Shown piece after piece: positions 27,931 through 41,001 of a DNA stretch of 64,000 nt. The notes under the pieces are model-generated. The model searched no databases, was not told the origin of the DNA, and saw only the letters and a list, made by a program, of their open reading frames with translations. This DNA is from Octopus vulgaris. Its lineage: Eukaryota. The stretch is from positions 16,306,001 to 16,370,000 of the forward strand of contig OX597832.1 in the NCBI GenBank assembly GCA_951406725.2, given 5' to 3'. Every line of letters starts with the position of its first letter. The stretch's first letter is position 1. The position numbers were made by a program, and so were the translations under genes.

Positions 27931-30170
27931 CTAAATTTCTGTTGTACGAGGGTCGCCACTATCATAGGTAACCATTACTAAATTGTTATCACAAATGTAA
28001 TTTCAATAAACTAAAACGCATTTGATCACTACATAAATTTAGTTCTGTGCGTCACATAATTAATTAATTAATTAATTAATTAATGTGAGTTAATATCGCG
28101 ATGAATATGACATATCACTTAGACAAAGATGTCTACTCGATATCTTAGTTAGAAATGTCATGTTACTGTTCCAAATATTAGGAAGAAACTTAAATGAGTT
28201 GAACGATAACTGATAACACCCACGACATTCTGACGAGTGGGTGGGTATGATGATTGAATATATTACATGTCGACTTTCCGGCTTAAAGTAATGAAAAATC
28301 ACTACAGTCAGCAAATCTGCAAAATATTCTTGTTCCATTAATTCATAATGTTGTAACCATTTTTGAACATTTCTAGTTAAGTTGAGTGTCCTGCATTTTG
28401 TCACGGTTTGGTAAATACTACACTAAAATAATTATTACTGAGGAAAATAAAAATTTAGACAATTTTTATACTTAATATTACTTGATATTGACATCACTGT
28501 TATATCTTAATGTGTAACAATGTCAAATGAATTCACAAACCAGGTTTTAGCAAATACAATATAATTACAATAGATGTATTAAGAATTAATAATAAATCTC
28601 TCAGCGAGGTATAAACAGTAGCTACATGACATCGTGAAGTATATTTGCCACTTAAATGTAGCTAAATCTTAAGGGTGTATTCTACTGTAGCTTGTAGCCC
28701 CAGGAGGACACCTCTAGCTGGCTATTTACACTCTTTCTGTGTCTTATCAGTACTGCAAAGGGAATACATCCTTCACATCTTCAACCAGTGTGATACACAC
28801 GGACTCGAGTTTCTAGGTATTGACTCGTCATCACGCAATAGTATAACATATGTCTATGTTTAAAAATATTGATGGTCCGTACTTCTTTTATTGTACCGGT
28901 GTTTATGCCTCAAATTAAGCTCTAAACTCAATTACCCTAATGATACAGACAAAAACATTACCTATTAGTTTAACGAAATGTGTTCTAATAACAACGCTTG
29001 TAATAATGTGTTGATTCTAGAATCGGCTACCCATATTACTGGAGAACATTCTCACGATACCAGACGGGCATTTTAAAGATAAATGCTATTTTATGAGTAT
29101 CCAAGTTATATTTCGAACAAGTATTATGGGTTACATTTGTTGTGTAGACTTTTACGAAACTTATTTGCATGTGATTCTTATGAGTCACAGGTGACCATTC
29201 AATTCAGTGAACAAGTTTTAGCAAATGAAATATAATATAGGTAATAAGGAAATAATTCTATAAACTGAATTCAAACTTAGCTTATACTCATTAATATAGA
29301 AATTTGATTATAGAAATTTGATTCAATGCCGCAAAATACGTATGTGCAATCAGATGTGTACAAGAATGATTGCATACTTACATGAACAGCAAACGTAGAT
29401 TTACCCTTGAATCCATTCTCTACACAGAAGGTACATGTATTTATGCACAGACGCATAACTCTCGCATATATGTGTGTGTAGCATGATTCATTATACGCAA
29501 GGACTTTGCCTACATAAAAGAAAAAAAAATGAACCATGTCACTTCAATGTCATTCCAAGCCAAGAAAACCTGTATGAAACCAGCTACAGGCAAATAACGA
29601 AATGCATTATAATCGAGCGAAGCAAAACTGGGATTATTAAGCGAAGGACCTTCTGAAAATCACTTGATGAGACAGACCCACACTGAAGGCTGCACCACAA
29701 ACAGGTGTCTATAATCTCCTGTTTATGTGTGTATATGTGTGTGTGTTTGTGTGCATGTGTGTGAGAGAGGGTTTGTGTGTATGTATGTACGAGCCAGGGA
29801 TACAAGCGTTACAACTTTGTAAGTTTCGAGTAATAAGCAACGAGTATAGCAAGCAAAAAGTGGAGAGCAGGATAAAAATATATTGGCATCGTGATTAATA
29901 TGCGTTTTCCTAGTTTCGATGTTTCAAGAAAATTCCCTTCTAGGAAGTGATGCAGCTAAAAATGGGAATAAAATAATAAATTGTAAGAGTGACACATGTA
30001 GACTTTAAACTATAAAAGTCTCCTAACTAGTTGTCGTACATTACGTAATTTTTTACGCAGTTAAATTTTCTGAGTTAAGCTACTCATCAGGCGGATATTT
30101 AACTTAATGCTTTGAACTTATTACTGTGTCGTACCTGAATTAATGATTGTAAATATTACCTACGCTGAAA

Positions 30171-30310
<140 letters not shown>

Positions 30311-30311
30311 A

Positions 30312-30462
30312 CACGACGAGCTTCTTTCAGTTTCCTTGTAACAAATCTACTTACAAGATTTTGGTCGGCCCGATGATATAAGTGACGGTATTCGACCAAG
30401 GTGCTGTGCAGTGAGACTGAACGGGGGTCATGTGGTTGTGGAGCAAATGTTTACTACACAGC
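30312..30462 (-). mobile_element. SINE family C 5' half, diverged
   Basis: CGACGAGCTTCTTTCAGTTTCC..GGTCGGCCCG..CCAAGGTGC..ACTGAAC is the reverse complement of the family C head and core. Confidence 0.7.
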
Positions 30463-31050
30463 GTTACACACACTTACACACGCCGCACACACACACAGGC
30501 AAACACACACACACTCACACACACACACATATATATATATATACATATATATTTATCATACTTATATATGAGTGTACTTAAGTGCGTCTGTTTATGGTTG
30601 TGTATGTTTATGTGTGTTGTGTGTGTGTATGTTTGCTTATCCGTGCTTGTGAGTGTGTGTGTCTGTGTGTTAAGAATGTGTGAACCCGATCACGGTAAAT
30701 ATCAGTAAGGGACATAAAGATAGTTTGTCTCTACTCGATTTTGAATTTATATCAATATTATTGCAAAGTTATGAAGGGTTTTATTTATATCTTGATAGAA
30801 TCAATACATCCATCACGAATGTGTCTGTGTTTTAAGTCAATAAATTCATTGAAACATTTATTGAACTAGACTATTGATGTTTACAAGTGTTATCTGGACT
30901 TTCATATCAATCGCAAATGTTACGTACCAGGTTCTTTTTTTTCATTCTATAGGTTCATGTTATCTTCTCATGTACGTTGCACTTCAAAATGTTGCTGAAT
31001 ATATCAAGGATTTTACAGACGTTTCAACATATTATTATACACATACACAG

Positions 31051-31128
<78 letters not shown>

Positions 31129-31352
31129 ACTCTCCTGTGTTACCCCTCTGTCCGTCATTCGCCATGATAGATCGCTAGCCACTAAACATTTTAAAAATTA
31201 TTTTCTCTCCTTGTTTCTGTCTGTGTTATTTTCTGTGGAAGAGCATAGGCTTGAAACGTTAAAGACTGTTCCACTTCTCCAGCGGTAAACTAATGCATCC
31301 GTTTATTGTCTACACGACATGTCTTCGTCTTCTGTTTCTTTGGTGAATTCTG

Positions 31353-31354
<2 letters not shown>
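31129..31354 (+). mobile_element. (TA)n-flanked cassette with degenerate minimal hammerhead (Penelope pLTR-like)
   Basis: CTGTGGA-A-GAGC-ATAG-GCTT-GAAAC-GTT at 31233-31260; same architecture as 21930-22131. Confidence 0.55.
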
Positions 31355-31426
<72 letters not shown>

Positions 31427-31429
31427 ATT

Positions 31430-31612
31430 CTTTTCTTCGTTAGTTTCAGTTACGTGACAGTTGGCCTTGGTGTTGCACCGCTGCTATTCGAACAAATCGA
31501 CTCCAGTACTTTTGTAAGACTAGCACTTTCTCCATCGGTTGTCAGGTGAAGGTGTAGGTCAAACACACATATGCACGACGTTCTTCTTTCCGTTTCTGTC
31601 TACCAAATCAAT
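31430..31612 (-). mobile_element. SINE family C fragment
   Basis: GTTTCAGTT..GCACCGC..CAAATCGAC..CATCGGTTGTCA..TCTACCAAATC is the reverse complement of family C. Confidence 0.65.
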
Positions 31613-31954
31613 CCAAATAGATTTAATGGGCCCAAGAAAAACCAAGGCAAGACGAGTATCTCAAATAATTTATAACAATTTAATTAGGGTAATGTTAATT
31701 TGAACATCTTACTGGGACATCACAAGTGATAGGGTGGCATGTCCGTACACAGGATATTCTGTTATTAGAAACATACATATCATGATGTCGCGATTTATGT
31801 GCCAAATCGAACCGAAAATTTATTGTAGATTATTTATGTAAATATATATGTCTAAATTTTACTGCTCCATGATGGTAAGATCAACGAAAAACGTACTCCA
31901 TCTTGTCTAAGATAAATACTATCTAATAAACAGAATGTGTTTTTATGTGCTGCC

Positions 31955-32070
<116 letters not shown>

Positions 32071-32959
32071 CATGCATTACATATGTATGGGTGTATATGC
32101 AGTGTTATCGCGCGTGTACAACTGATTTTGTCAGCAGAAGTTTAGCCATTTGTTAGTATGTCGTCTGGAGATGTATCAATGTTCATTTCCCGAATAAGCC
32201 GCACATACAAAAGTTGCCCAACCGTTAAATCGACGTATATTAAAGTGTTTATCTAAGGGGGAAAATATTTAATAAAACGACAATATTTATTAAATGAATA
32301 GAAATTAATATGTCATTACCATACAATATAATTTGGTTTAATTTCCCCGGAGAATATATGTAATCCTATTTACCTGCTTTGTAATGCATTTCACGTATTC
32401 ATATATATTAAATGCAGATTACAATTGCGTTTACTGAAGCCTAGAGATAAATTATTATAAATATAAACTCAATAGAATTGTAAATTGATGCTTTACGTAC
32501 GCAAAATGCGACATCCTTAAATGAAATCAGGACATATGTACTGAAATGCTGCATATGTTGTTAGAAACGAAATAAACAATTAGTGCAATAATATTTCTAC
32601 TATAATTTTCAGGCACGCGGCTGGTCGATTATATCGCCCATGTTACTTGAAATGTAATTCTTCCATTGGTCCCGAATGAGAATAGGGAAGGTCGATCACA
32701 AAAGAATCAGAACATATCTCTTTGTGAGCCTACACAGCTTCCTTGAATTTACGCAAATCAAAAAGCAAAATATTGCGAAAATGTTTGTTTTTGCACTCCA
32801 TGTTAAGAAACCGATAGATGAGGTACTAGGTTTACAGAGAATAAGTCTCGCGTTGATTTTCTTAATCTCACACATACTTTAACTCCGTGCTCTAGCATGA
32901 CCGAAGTTAAATGACTGAAAAAATTAAAAGAGTAAAACAATTAAATAGAATAAAAGGCT

Positions 32960-34978
32960 TGTGATAACTTAACTAACGTCTTACAACTGATAGCAGAGAA
33001 ATTGCAGCTGGGGCAACACGAGGAAACTCACATACCCATAGACTCCAAATTTACAAGCACTCCATCATGCTCTCCAATTTACAGACTCATACCTAGATTA
33101 GGATCACTTGCTCGTACTAATTTCTCCACAGTTGCGAGGTAAAATCCTGACATCCCTCTGGGATAGCAATGAACACTCCTAAACCTTATAAAAGCGAATG
33201 TGTACTGCCTGTGCGATGCATAGTGTAGTGTGTGTAGTTGCATTTGTGGAGGCAGTCGTAGAAGTCGTTGAGAAGAGATATAAGTTTGTTACATGTTTGT
33301 TAGTTTTTGTAGTGTTATAAAACAATTACAGAGTAGTCTATATTCAGACCCCAGGATATAATAGCGGCGACGAGACTTTCGAAGCTCACAGTGGAAATTC
33401 TTAGCATAGAAAACTTTTCAACTTCCGTGCTGCTGTTGCAACGGTAACCACAAGAACAACAAGAGCTGCAGCAACAGTTGCTGCGACAACTACAACAGCA
33501 ACAAGATCAACAGAAAAAGCAACTGCAGGTACAACAGACACAACAACAACAACAACAACAAAATCAACAGTTGTTAGAATTATTGTTACAGTCCAAAAAC
33601 AATACAGGTTCCTTTTTATCAGACAGCGTTGCTAGTTCAATTGGAGAATTTACTTATAATCCAGAAAAAGGGATTACTGTTCCTGCATAATTCAGAATTT
33701 ATGAAGGAATCTTCAAAGAAAGATGTAGAAACTCGACGGACGAAAAGAATGTACCCGCAGAACAGGTAAAGCATTGTAATTACATCCTGACGAAAACACC
33801 ATCCGAAATTTGTTTCGAGGAACCAATTAACCTGTTATCTAAAATATTCAGTGAAGAAGTTCACAATTTAATATTCACTGGGAGTGCTTGAATTTGAAAA
33901 AAAAAATGAAACTGAAGATTTCGTCACGAAAGTCGAAATTCTAAAGTGAGAATGTGAAAAACTGAAATTAAATAAATTAACGCCGGGTTCAATTGTCTAA
34001 TCCCTGTACAAAGAGTAACTGCAAGAAAAATGCAGAGATACAGGGTCAGATATTGACAAAACTGGAACACTATTCGAAACTATCTGTACAGGCAGTAACT
34101 GAAAAATTTACAAGTCGTAGAAAAAATTGAAATAGATTTTTCAAATAGACATACGTGTCGACCTGTAATAGATACAAAAAAAGAAATAAAATTGTCAAGA
34201 CCCAAAACATGCTATAGGTGTGGAGAAATACATTAAAAAAACTTCCCTTTTAAAAAATCTAAAATGTTTTGGATGTGGAAAAATTGGACATAAGTATTCA
34301 CATCTATGGCTGAGACAAAAAGGTCGAACGAAAGAAATTCGAGAAAAAATGCAAAGCGACGCAAAAAAAAGAAAATTTGTCTCCATAAAAATAAATAATG
34401 TGAACACGAGACTGCAGTTGGATACATATAGTGATATCACGATATTTAACGATGATACACGAAGAAAAATAGGTTAGCCTACGTTAAAAAAATCTTCGAA
34501 AATTTTGCTTGGTGTTCCAGGGAAACAATTGCGATGTTATTTCATGGAAAAATTTGACGCCAAAGTTTTCGTATGAAAAAATACGACAAAACCTATTTAT
34601 GAAACCTCGCCATAAATATTTTTTGTAATAATGTAAACGGTTCTTATACCATTTCAAATAAGACGTCGGAGAATTTAAAAAAGAAATTCAGATTTCTCCT
34701 GTTGTTTTTTTTTTTCTAAAGAATTAGGCATGTGCACCAAGACAAAAGTAAACTTTCAAGTGAAAGAAAAGGTTGTCCCAGTATTTAAACCCATGCGAGC
34801 TGTACTTTTCGTAGCGTTGGATCAAGTCAACGACAAATTAGGTATACCTGAGAAGCTTGGAGGTATAGAAAAATTGATTATTCAGAAGTGATATCAATAA
34901 CTGTTTAGGTAAATAAGAAAGTAATAAAATACGAGTTTGCACTGAATTTACAACGGGTTTGATTGAATTTCTGATGAC
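32960..34978 (+). mobile_element. truncated, decayed Gypsy LTR retrotransposon (K02A2.6/Mag-like)
   Basis: Putative 5' LTR ~32960-33363 (boundary uncertain); PBS-like CGGCGACGAG at 33365; polyQ gag then SIGEFTYNPEKGIT; Zn knuckles CYRCGEIH and CFGCGKIGH; protease LQLDTYSDITIF (=LDTGSD); RT start LGMCTKTK..PVFKPMRAV..NKIRVCTEFTTGL; many stops and frameshifts. Confidence 0.88.
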
Positions 34979-35399
34979 ATAAAAGCATTTTTTTTCTTTT
35001 ATAAACAAAACGAATTTATCTTATCTTAAACGATAGAAGAAAGCATGAACATTTTGATGGTCTTCTTCTCAGGGAATAAAGTTTTTTATCAAAAAGGTGT
35101 AGGGTAAAATATCATGAAAAAATAATAGCAAACTCATACATTAGATTTAAGAATTCTTAAATTTTGTTTTATTTAAAAAGAAATATATTTAAATTAAGCG
35201 TAAATGATACAGATAAGTTCAAGAAATTTCATGGTCTTAATCGCAAGCAATAAAGTTTTAAAATAAAATAGTTATGAGTGCTTGTTTCTCAAATTTGAGC
35301 GCGATAATATATTTCTATACTTTTTACTGAACATAGTTCTATAAGAGGATTTTTGATATAAGTCACCGGCGTCATTAAGGTAAGGAAAAATTTTTCAAC

Positions 35400-36021
35400 G
35401 ACATCGCTAATTGACCCATTTGACGTATAATTAATTAGCATAATAGAACACACTGGAAAAAACATGGACTACATAACAAATTGTGAGCAAGGGAAGTAAT
35501 ATTCTTCAGATTCTCAACCTGGAAATTTACAGGACAAGATATTACACTAGGACTCGTTCAGTGCAATTTAATAAGTAAAGTGCAGAAGAAGACAAGTGTA
35601 GATAAGAAACATTATAGATACGGAAAGCGAAGTTACTTATCAATCAATTATGCCCGTTTGATTCCCATATCGTAAAGAAAGAGGGAGAAAAACAACGAAA
35701 ATACAATCCCTTAACATTTGAGATAGGAAGAATTTGGTGCATGCGATGAGTATTTTTCGTGCCTATAATAATTTGTGCGTTGGGAACAGTAAACCAAGTT
35801 TAGACATATGGCTGAAGAAGACGGAAATAGAATGCCCGGTGGAGGTCTTAGAGAAAGTATGTCTCTTAGGGACAGAAAGTATTATCAGGGGGTTTCTAAA
35901 CACTTGAAAAACTGCTGAAAACTTGTGGATACCTAAGGTTACACATAGTCACCCACTACCCACCTGAGCTACAAATCCTGAGCCTAACCAAAGTAACTAC
36001 AACCACAAAAATAATAATAAT
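35400..36021 (+). mobile_element. 3' end of an R4/Dong-clade non-LTR retrotransposon (REL endonuclease)
   Basis: Fragments CPFDSHIVKKEGEKQRKYNPL, VPIIICALGTV and LEKVCLLGTESIIRGFLNT* match REL C-terminal motifs (KY..L, PIIIGALG, LLGTAxIxR); short (AAT)n tail at ~36010. Confidence 0.82.
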
Positions 36022-36029
36022 ACGTAAAA

Positions 36030-37575
36030 ATTGGTGGAATAATCATAAACCTTATTTTAAATAAGATATAATACATTGAGAAGCAGCACTGATTTTGAAA
36101 GCCCGTTCTTTGGAAGCTAAGTCAGTAATATAAAATACTTTCGGAGAAGATATAGTATATGTATCTCCAGAAAATCGATAAAATTGCAAAAGAAGTTTAC
36201 TCTTTATCACGATAGTACTCTTGCACGAAAGTACACGTATGCGCGCGCACATACATACTCACAAACCCAAACAATAATAAAAAACAATACGTGATATGTT
36301 TTTCTAGGTCTAGGAGGAAGAGAAATTGCCATGTGAGTTTCGAATATAGAAATTATCCAAATAGAAATTTCTAGAAAAAGAGATAACCGGTATATGAAAC
36401 CTAATGGCAGGAGGCATCTCTCTCATATTTCCTGTTATCGAATAGTAAAGATAAGTTACATAAATATTCAAAATACTATATATAGGCATTAGATACAGAG
36501 AAATGAGTAGCAATTCTAGGTATGGCATTGAAGGCTTTCCATAATAGTTTTTTTGCATCTTTGTCACGTGACCAGCTGTTCTAGAGGCAAGAACCATCGC
36601 CCTACAATTTATTGACTCCAAAAATATGAAAAAGATATTTGACTTCGATTAGGTGTGCGTTTTCTATTTTGCTAAATAATATTTGCCTAAACAATTAACT
36701 AAACAAACCCAACTCTACAAATTTACTCATGGTTGCATTGGAAGAGCAATGTCAGAATGATACAGCGATATCACAAAAGGCTAGGACCTTGCAAGAGACG
36801 TTGCTGTCCGACAACAACAAATCTTTGATCAATGGAATGGAAAGTTATTAAATACACCGCTTGAAGTAAGTGAACAACCCAATACATTTTCTACCACGCA
36901 ATGCGTAAAAGTAATGCAGGAAGCAAAAATCCCAGATCCTTTTTCGTATGTGTGCCAGAACAAATATACTAATGCGATAAGAAAACCCCGATCAGTTTAT
37001 GAGAGTTTCGCAGCAGGAGAATCATAACGCCTCATAAATTTCTCATATGCCCAAACACTGATCAGTCGTATCTACAATTTACGTGCCTTATGGTATGTTA
37101 TAGATTCAAAAACAGGTTCTCGGACATTTTGATGTTACAATATCGCGCCTTGATTCAGACTGTCCGTGTCAGGCACCAAATATATAGAAGAAATTAACAC
37201 ATTGAGTAGGAATGTTCCAACAATACGAGTTGTACAGCCACAAAATAGAGAAACTAGCATGAAGCCAGATGAACACCACCCACATCCAGTTTTCAAAGGA
37301 AATGCTAATGGATATTCTAGCACTATTAGACCAATGCAAGATAAACAGAGACGCCATGATGATGCAGAACCGAAAATGTCATTTCTAAAAATTATTTAAT
37401 AGAATTGTATCTGGTAAAAACATGTTAATAATAGAATTTGAAAAACCGAGCAGATATCAGAATTTAAGGAGTGAGATTTAAGAGACATGACATCATAAAA
37501 CGGAAAAAGCGCCAAACTAATTGAAGGCATTTGTCATATGAAAATCATGCGAATAAAATCACAGTAATATTCCCG
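36030..37575 (+). pseudogene. decayed family-B (protein-primed type) DNA polymerase, Maverick/Polinton/adintovirus-like
   Basis: Colinear degenerate motifs, mostly in one frame: PF(L)EA ~36105, GGISLIF 36410, QFIDSKNMKKIFDF 36605, IGRAMSE, KSLINGM/LLNTPL, TNAIRK, and *RLINFSYAQTL 37025-37060 (=KxxxNSxYG with AAA>TAA). IQFSKEML (~LQYAKxxML) and EKAPN*LK (~RTPGLFK) follow. By-eye recognition only. Confidence 0.55.
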
Positions 37576-38133
37576 GTGAGCCCTCGTTAACCGTCCCAAA
37601 TTTAAATGAGATTAATTATTTACAAGATGCGCTGCATCTTTCAGAACTTTCAGATGCATCATGTAAACCGAAAGCGCACATTCCGTGCAGCATGTAACTC
37701 ATCGTTGTAATGGACGTATTCTCAGATGAATCTTTTATTTTCCTACTCTCTTTCTTTCTCTCTTCTTTGGAACATTTCATTTATATATGTAGCACCTGTT
37801 TTCCTGCATTCAATCTGTTTTCGCTTCCCTGGTTCTACGTCATAGCTGGCCTTGAATTTACTGTCTTCAGCTCCCATCATTCGCGGCAAAAATTTATCAT
37901 AAAATGTATGCAGTTTTTGTGTATAAGACATTGTGTTTAATGCTGTTCAACTTATAAGATCGGATTTAATTCCTCCCTGGTTAAAATTTCACCGGATTTA
38001 ATGAGCCACACACATACACACACGCAGAAAAAAACCGACACGTACACATATATTTATATGTTCGTTTATCTAGCTGACTTCATATGTACGTATATGTATG
38101 TAAATACATACACACATATGTGTACGTATATCT

Positions 38134-38187
<54 letters not shown>

Positions 38188-38649
38188 CATAAGATGTAGA
38201 TAGAAACAGTTACAAATTGTAGCAATCGATTTTCTTATCTGATTGCTTTCCCTTGAGAGCAACATCACTTGACCAATATCTAAGTAACATGTAGCAAATC
38301 GGTTTCTATAAACAACATATCCAATAGCTTCTGCGAACAGTAACTACTCTTTGAAACATCATTTAATAACAGTTTTTTTTTGGGGTTAAATGGAGTCACA
38401 GTCCATACAGTGTCAAGGTATAATATGCTTTATGTAGTTTATGCAGTAGATGTACAAACTGAGAAAGATTTGCTACTTCTCCGTAGATCGAATATTCGAA
38501 CTTCATTGGGATTTTGTTAGAGGCATCTACATCACCTGATCAATCCAAGCGAAAATAAGTATTTAATCTGTTTATAAACACATGGTATGATTGATAGATA
38601 AATAAATAGGTAGACAGACAGATAGAAAGACCAACAGACAGCCAGCCAG

Positions 38650-38783
<134 letters not shown>

Positions 38784-40859
38784 TGATTGATCCACGGTAT
38801 TTAATCTAATTCGACGTTAAATGAGAATACATTACGTGTTCGTTGTGTTGCTTTTGCGATGGTTTGTCTATTTCAAATGATGCAATGTAGGTGTCTTTTG
38901 TAACATGAGTAAATTACTTATTAGTGAATCCTATGTCTCCGCATTGTATACTACACTGAGTTTAATATTTCTAATTGTGATTTCTATAGTTGCCTTCCAA
39001 AATCTGTTTACACTATTTCATATTTCTCGGAAATACATTGTGTTTTTTTTATTATTTTGTAACCCTGGCGTGCCTCTATAATATCGAACATATAATACAG
39101 CAAATATTAGGTAAAGCTCCGTATATTCACCACAATACATATTTATACATATTTATTACAAAACTTTTATTTCTATTGCATCAATCAGTAGGAAGTTGTG
39201 AGATAATTACTAAAGCAATCTGCAAATCTTTCTATCTCAATCTTTATGGAATTATTTCCCGAAGGAATAGATGGCAAAATATAAAACTAATTAGGAAGCT
39301 AGCGTTTATTGGGAAGTTGCCACGGCTTTTATCTCGCAAGTTCAAATGATATTTATAATTATGAAGCAAGCTATGCCAAATTATATATTAATTCACTTTA
39401 GAATTCTGTTAACGAGCTAACTATTATTAGCAATTCATAGCTAGAATTATTCTGATTCAATACCTACCATAGAAAGTGTAACTTTATTTAAAATTTGTTG
39501 TCAACATCTAAATTCCAGAAATCTGTGTTTAACATTTCTTCCCTACATAAGGGAATTTAGTAAAACCACCATGCACAATTTGAGTAGAGAACAGACGTGG
39601 TTTCGATATTTCTTTAGAAGGTTTATGGTCTTATTAAAGCACGTCTATATTAAGACATGGATGTGCCTACAGCCACACCACCACACATATGTGTGTTTGT
39701 GTGCGTGTGTCTGTGTGTGTGTGTATTTGTACGTTTAAGGTTTTGTGTATATGCATTTTTTGTGTGTAAGTGTTACATGTCTGTGTATGTGCAAACATGT
39801 GTGTGATTACGTGCTCATGCTTTTCTGTAATATTAACTACATTCTTTGATTATCTGCAATTCATACTGGAAAGGATTACAACGCAGTGACTTTAACTAGT
39901 TATGGTACCCCCACACACACTTACACACAGTCAGCGTTTCTGCTGTGCAGCATATCACTTCGCTCAAATCTACCTAATACTACTCATCATACACTGTTTT
40001 TTTCTAAATTTGTATTAATTACTTCATGCCATTAGCTCCTTGCAAATTCCAGTTATTATATTTGATTTGGACACGGAATCACTGCTTATTAAATCAATAA
40101 TTTATAGAAGTTTATCTTCCGATGTATGTCACGTATATCTTCTGAATTTCTAACTTCAACTGTTCACAGGATATAAACGAAACAGGGAGTAAATTCCAAA
40201 TACGTAAATATGCAAATTATTTTCCGACAATTAGTATGCATTCAATGTCAGCTTTAAATATCCAGATATTCATAAGAAAAATTGAGGTATTAGATTGAAA
40301 TCTCACTTCGATAGAATTTCGCGCAAATCTAATACCAAATATTATTCATCTTATGATTCATAATATTTTCAGTTTGTCATGAGTAACATAGTACAATTAC
40401 GGTAAGTTTCTATGCGCTGAAATTACAATTTTGTTTAAACATTCTCGAGTAACGTAATAGAATTTCAGGATATTAGCATAGCTCGATTCTTAAATAAATA
40501 AAACCAGTTTATAAATTAGCAAACTGATATATTACTTCATATCCACATGTATTGTATTGTAAGCACATCCATCCAATCAGATAATTCATAAATTCAAATA
40601 TTATTCGAGAATTGAATAAAGAAAGAAAATGTGGACAACATCCACGTGTACAAGTGGAATGCTTCCAGGAAATTCTATAAGCATCACAAATGTGTCACCT
40701 AGATGGTTATGCCCTTATTCATGCGATTACATTGTGGGAAATTAAATGAGTATTACTAATATTATCTAGTGAAGCATTTCTTATATTATCTAGCGAAACG
40801 TTTGTTTCAAAATCCATACAGAAAATGACATCTTCAATGTTTTCTAACTTCATGAATTG

Positions 40860-41001
40860 TTTCTTCCTTCTCAAGCTATGCCTGGATTATAGGGTCGGTT
40901 TCTCGATTTCCTTGGCGTATAGGTTCCCCAACTTGACGGGATGCCGGTCCGTCGCAGGTGAACTGCAAGATGCAGAAGGAAAGAGTGAGGGAAAGTTGTG
41001 A
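40860..41001 (-). mobile_element. SINE fragment: family-B central block joined to a different (V-domain-like) 3' part
   Basis: Minus strand CACAACTTTCCCTCACTCTT, as in family B, continues into CACCTGCGACGGACCGGCATCCCGTC. Confidence 0.65.

Noticed and set aside
30040-30092. Minus-strand CTGATGA plus stem, hammerhead-like
   Set aside because: GAAA is disrupted (GTAAA) and no stem I pairing is evident; too degenerate to call.
37743-37931. Non-repetitive short ORF as a candidate host exon (also 28090-28404)
   Set aside because: No recognisable domain or convincing splice-site pair; short host exons cannot be excluded without RNA-seq.
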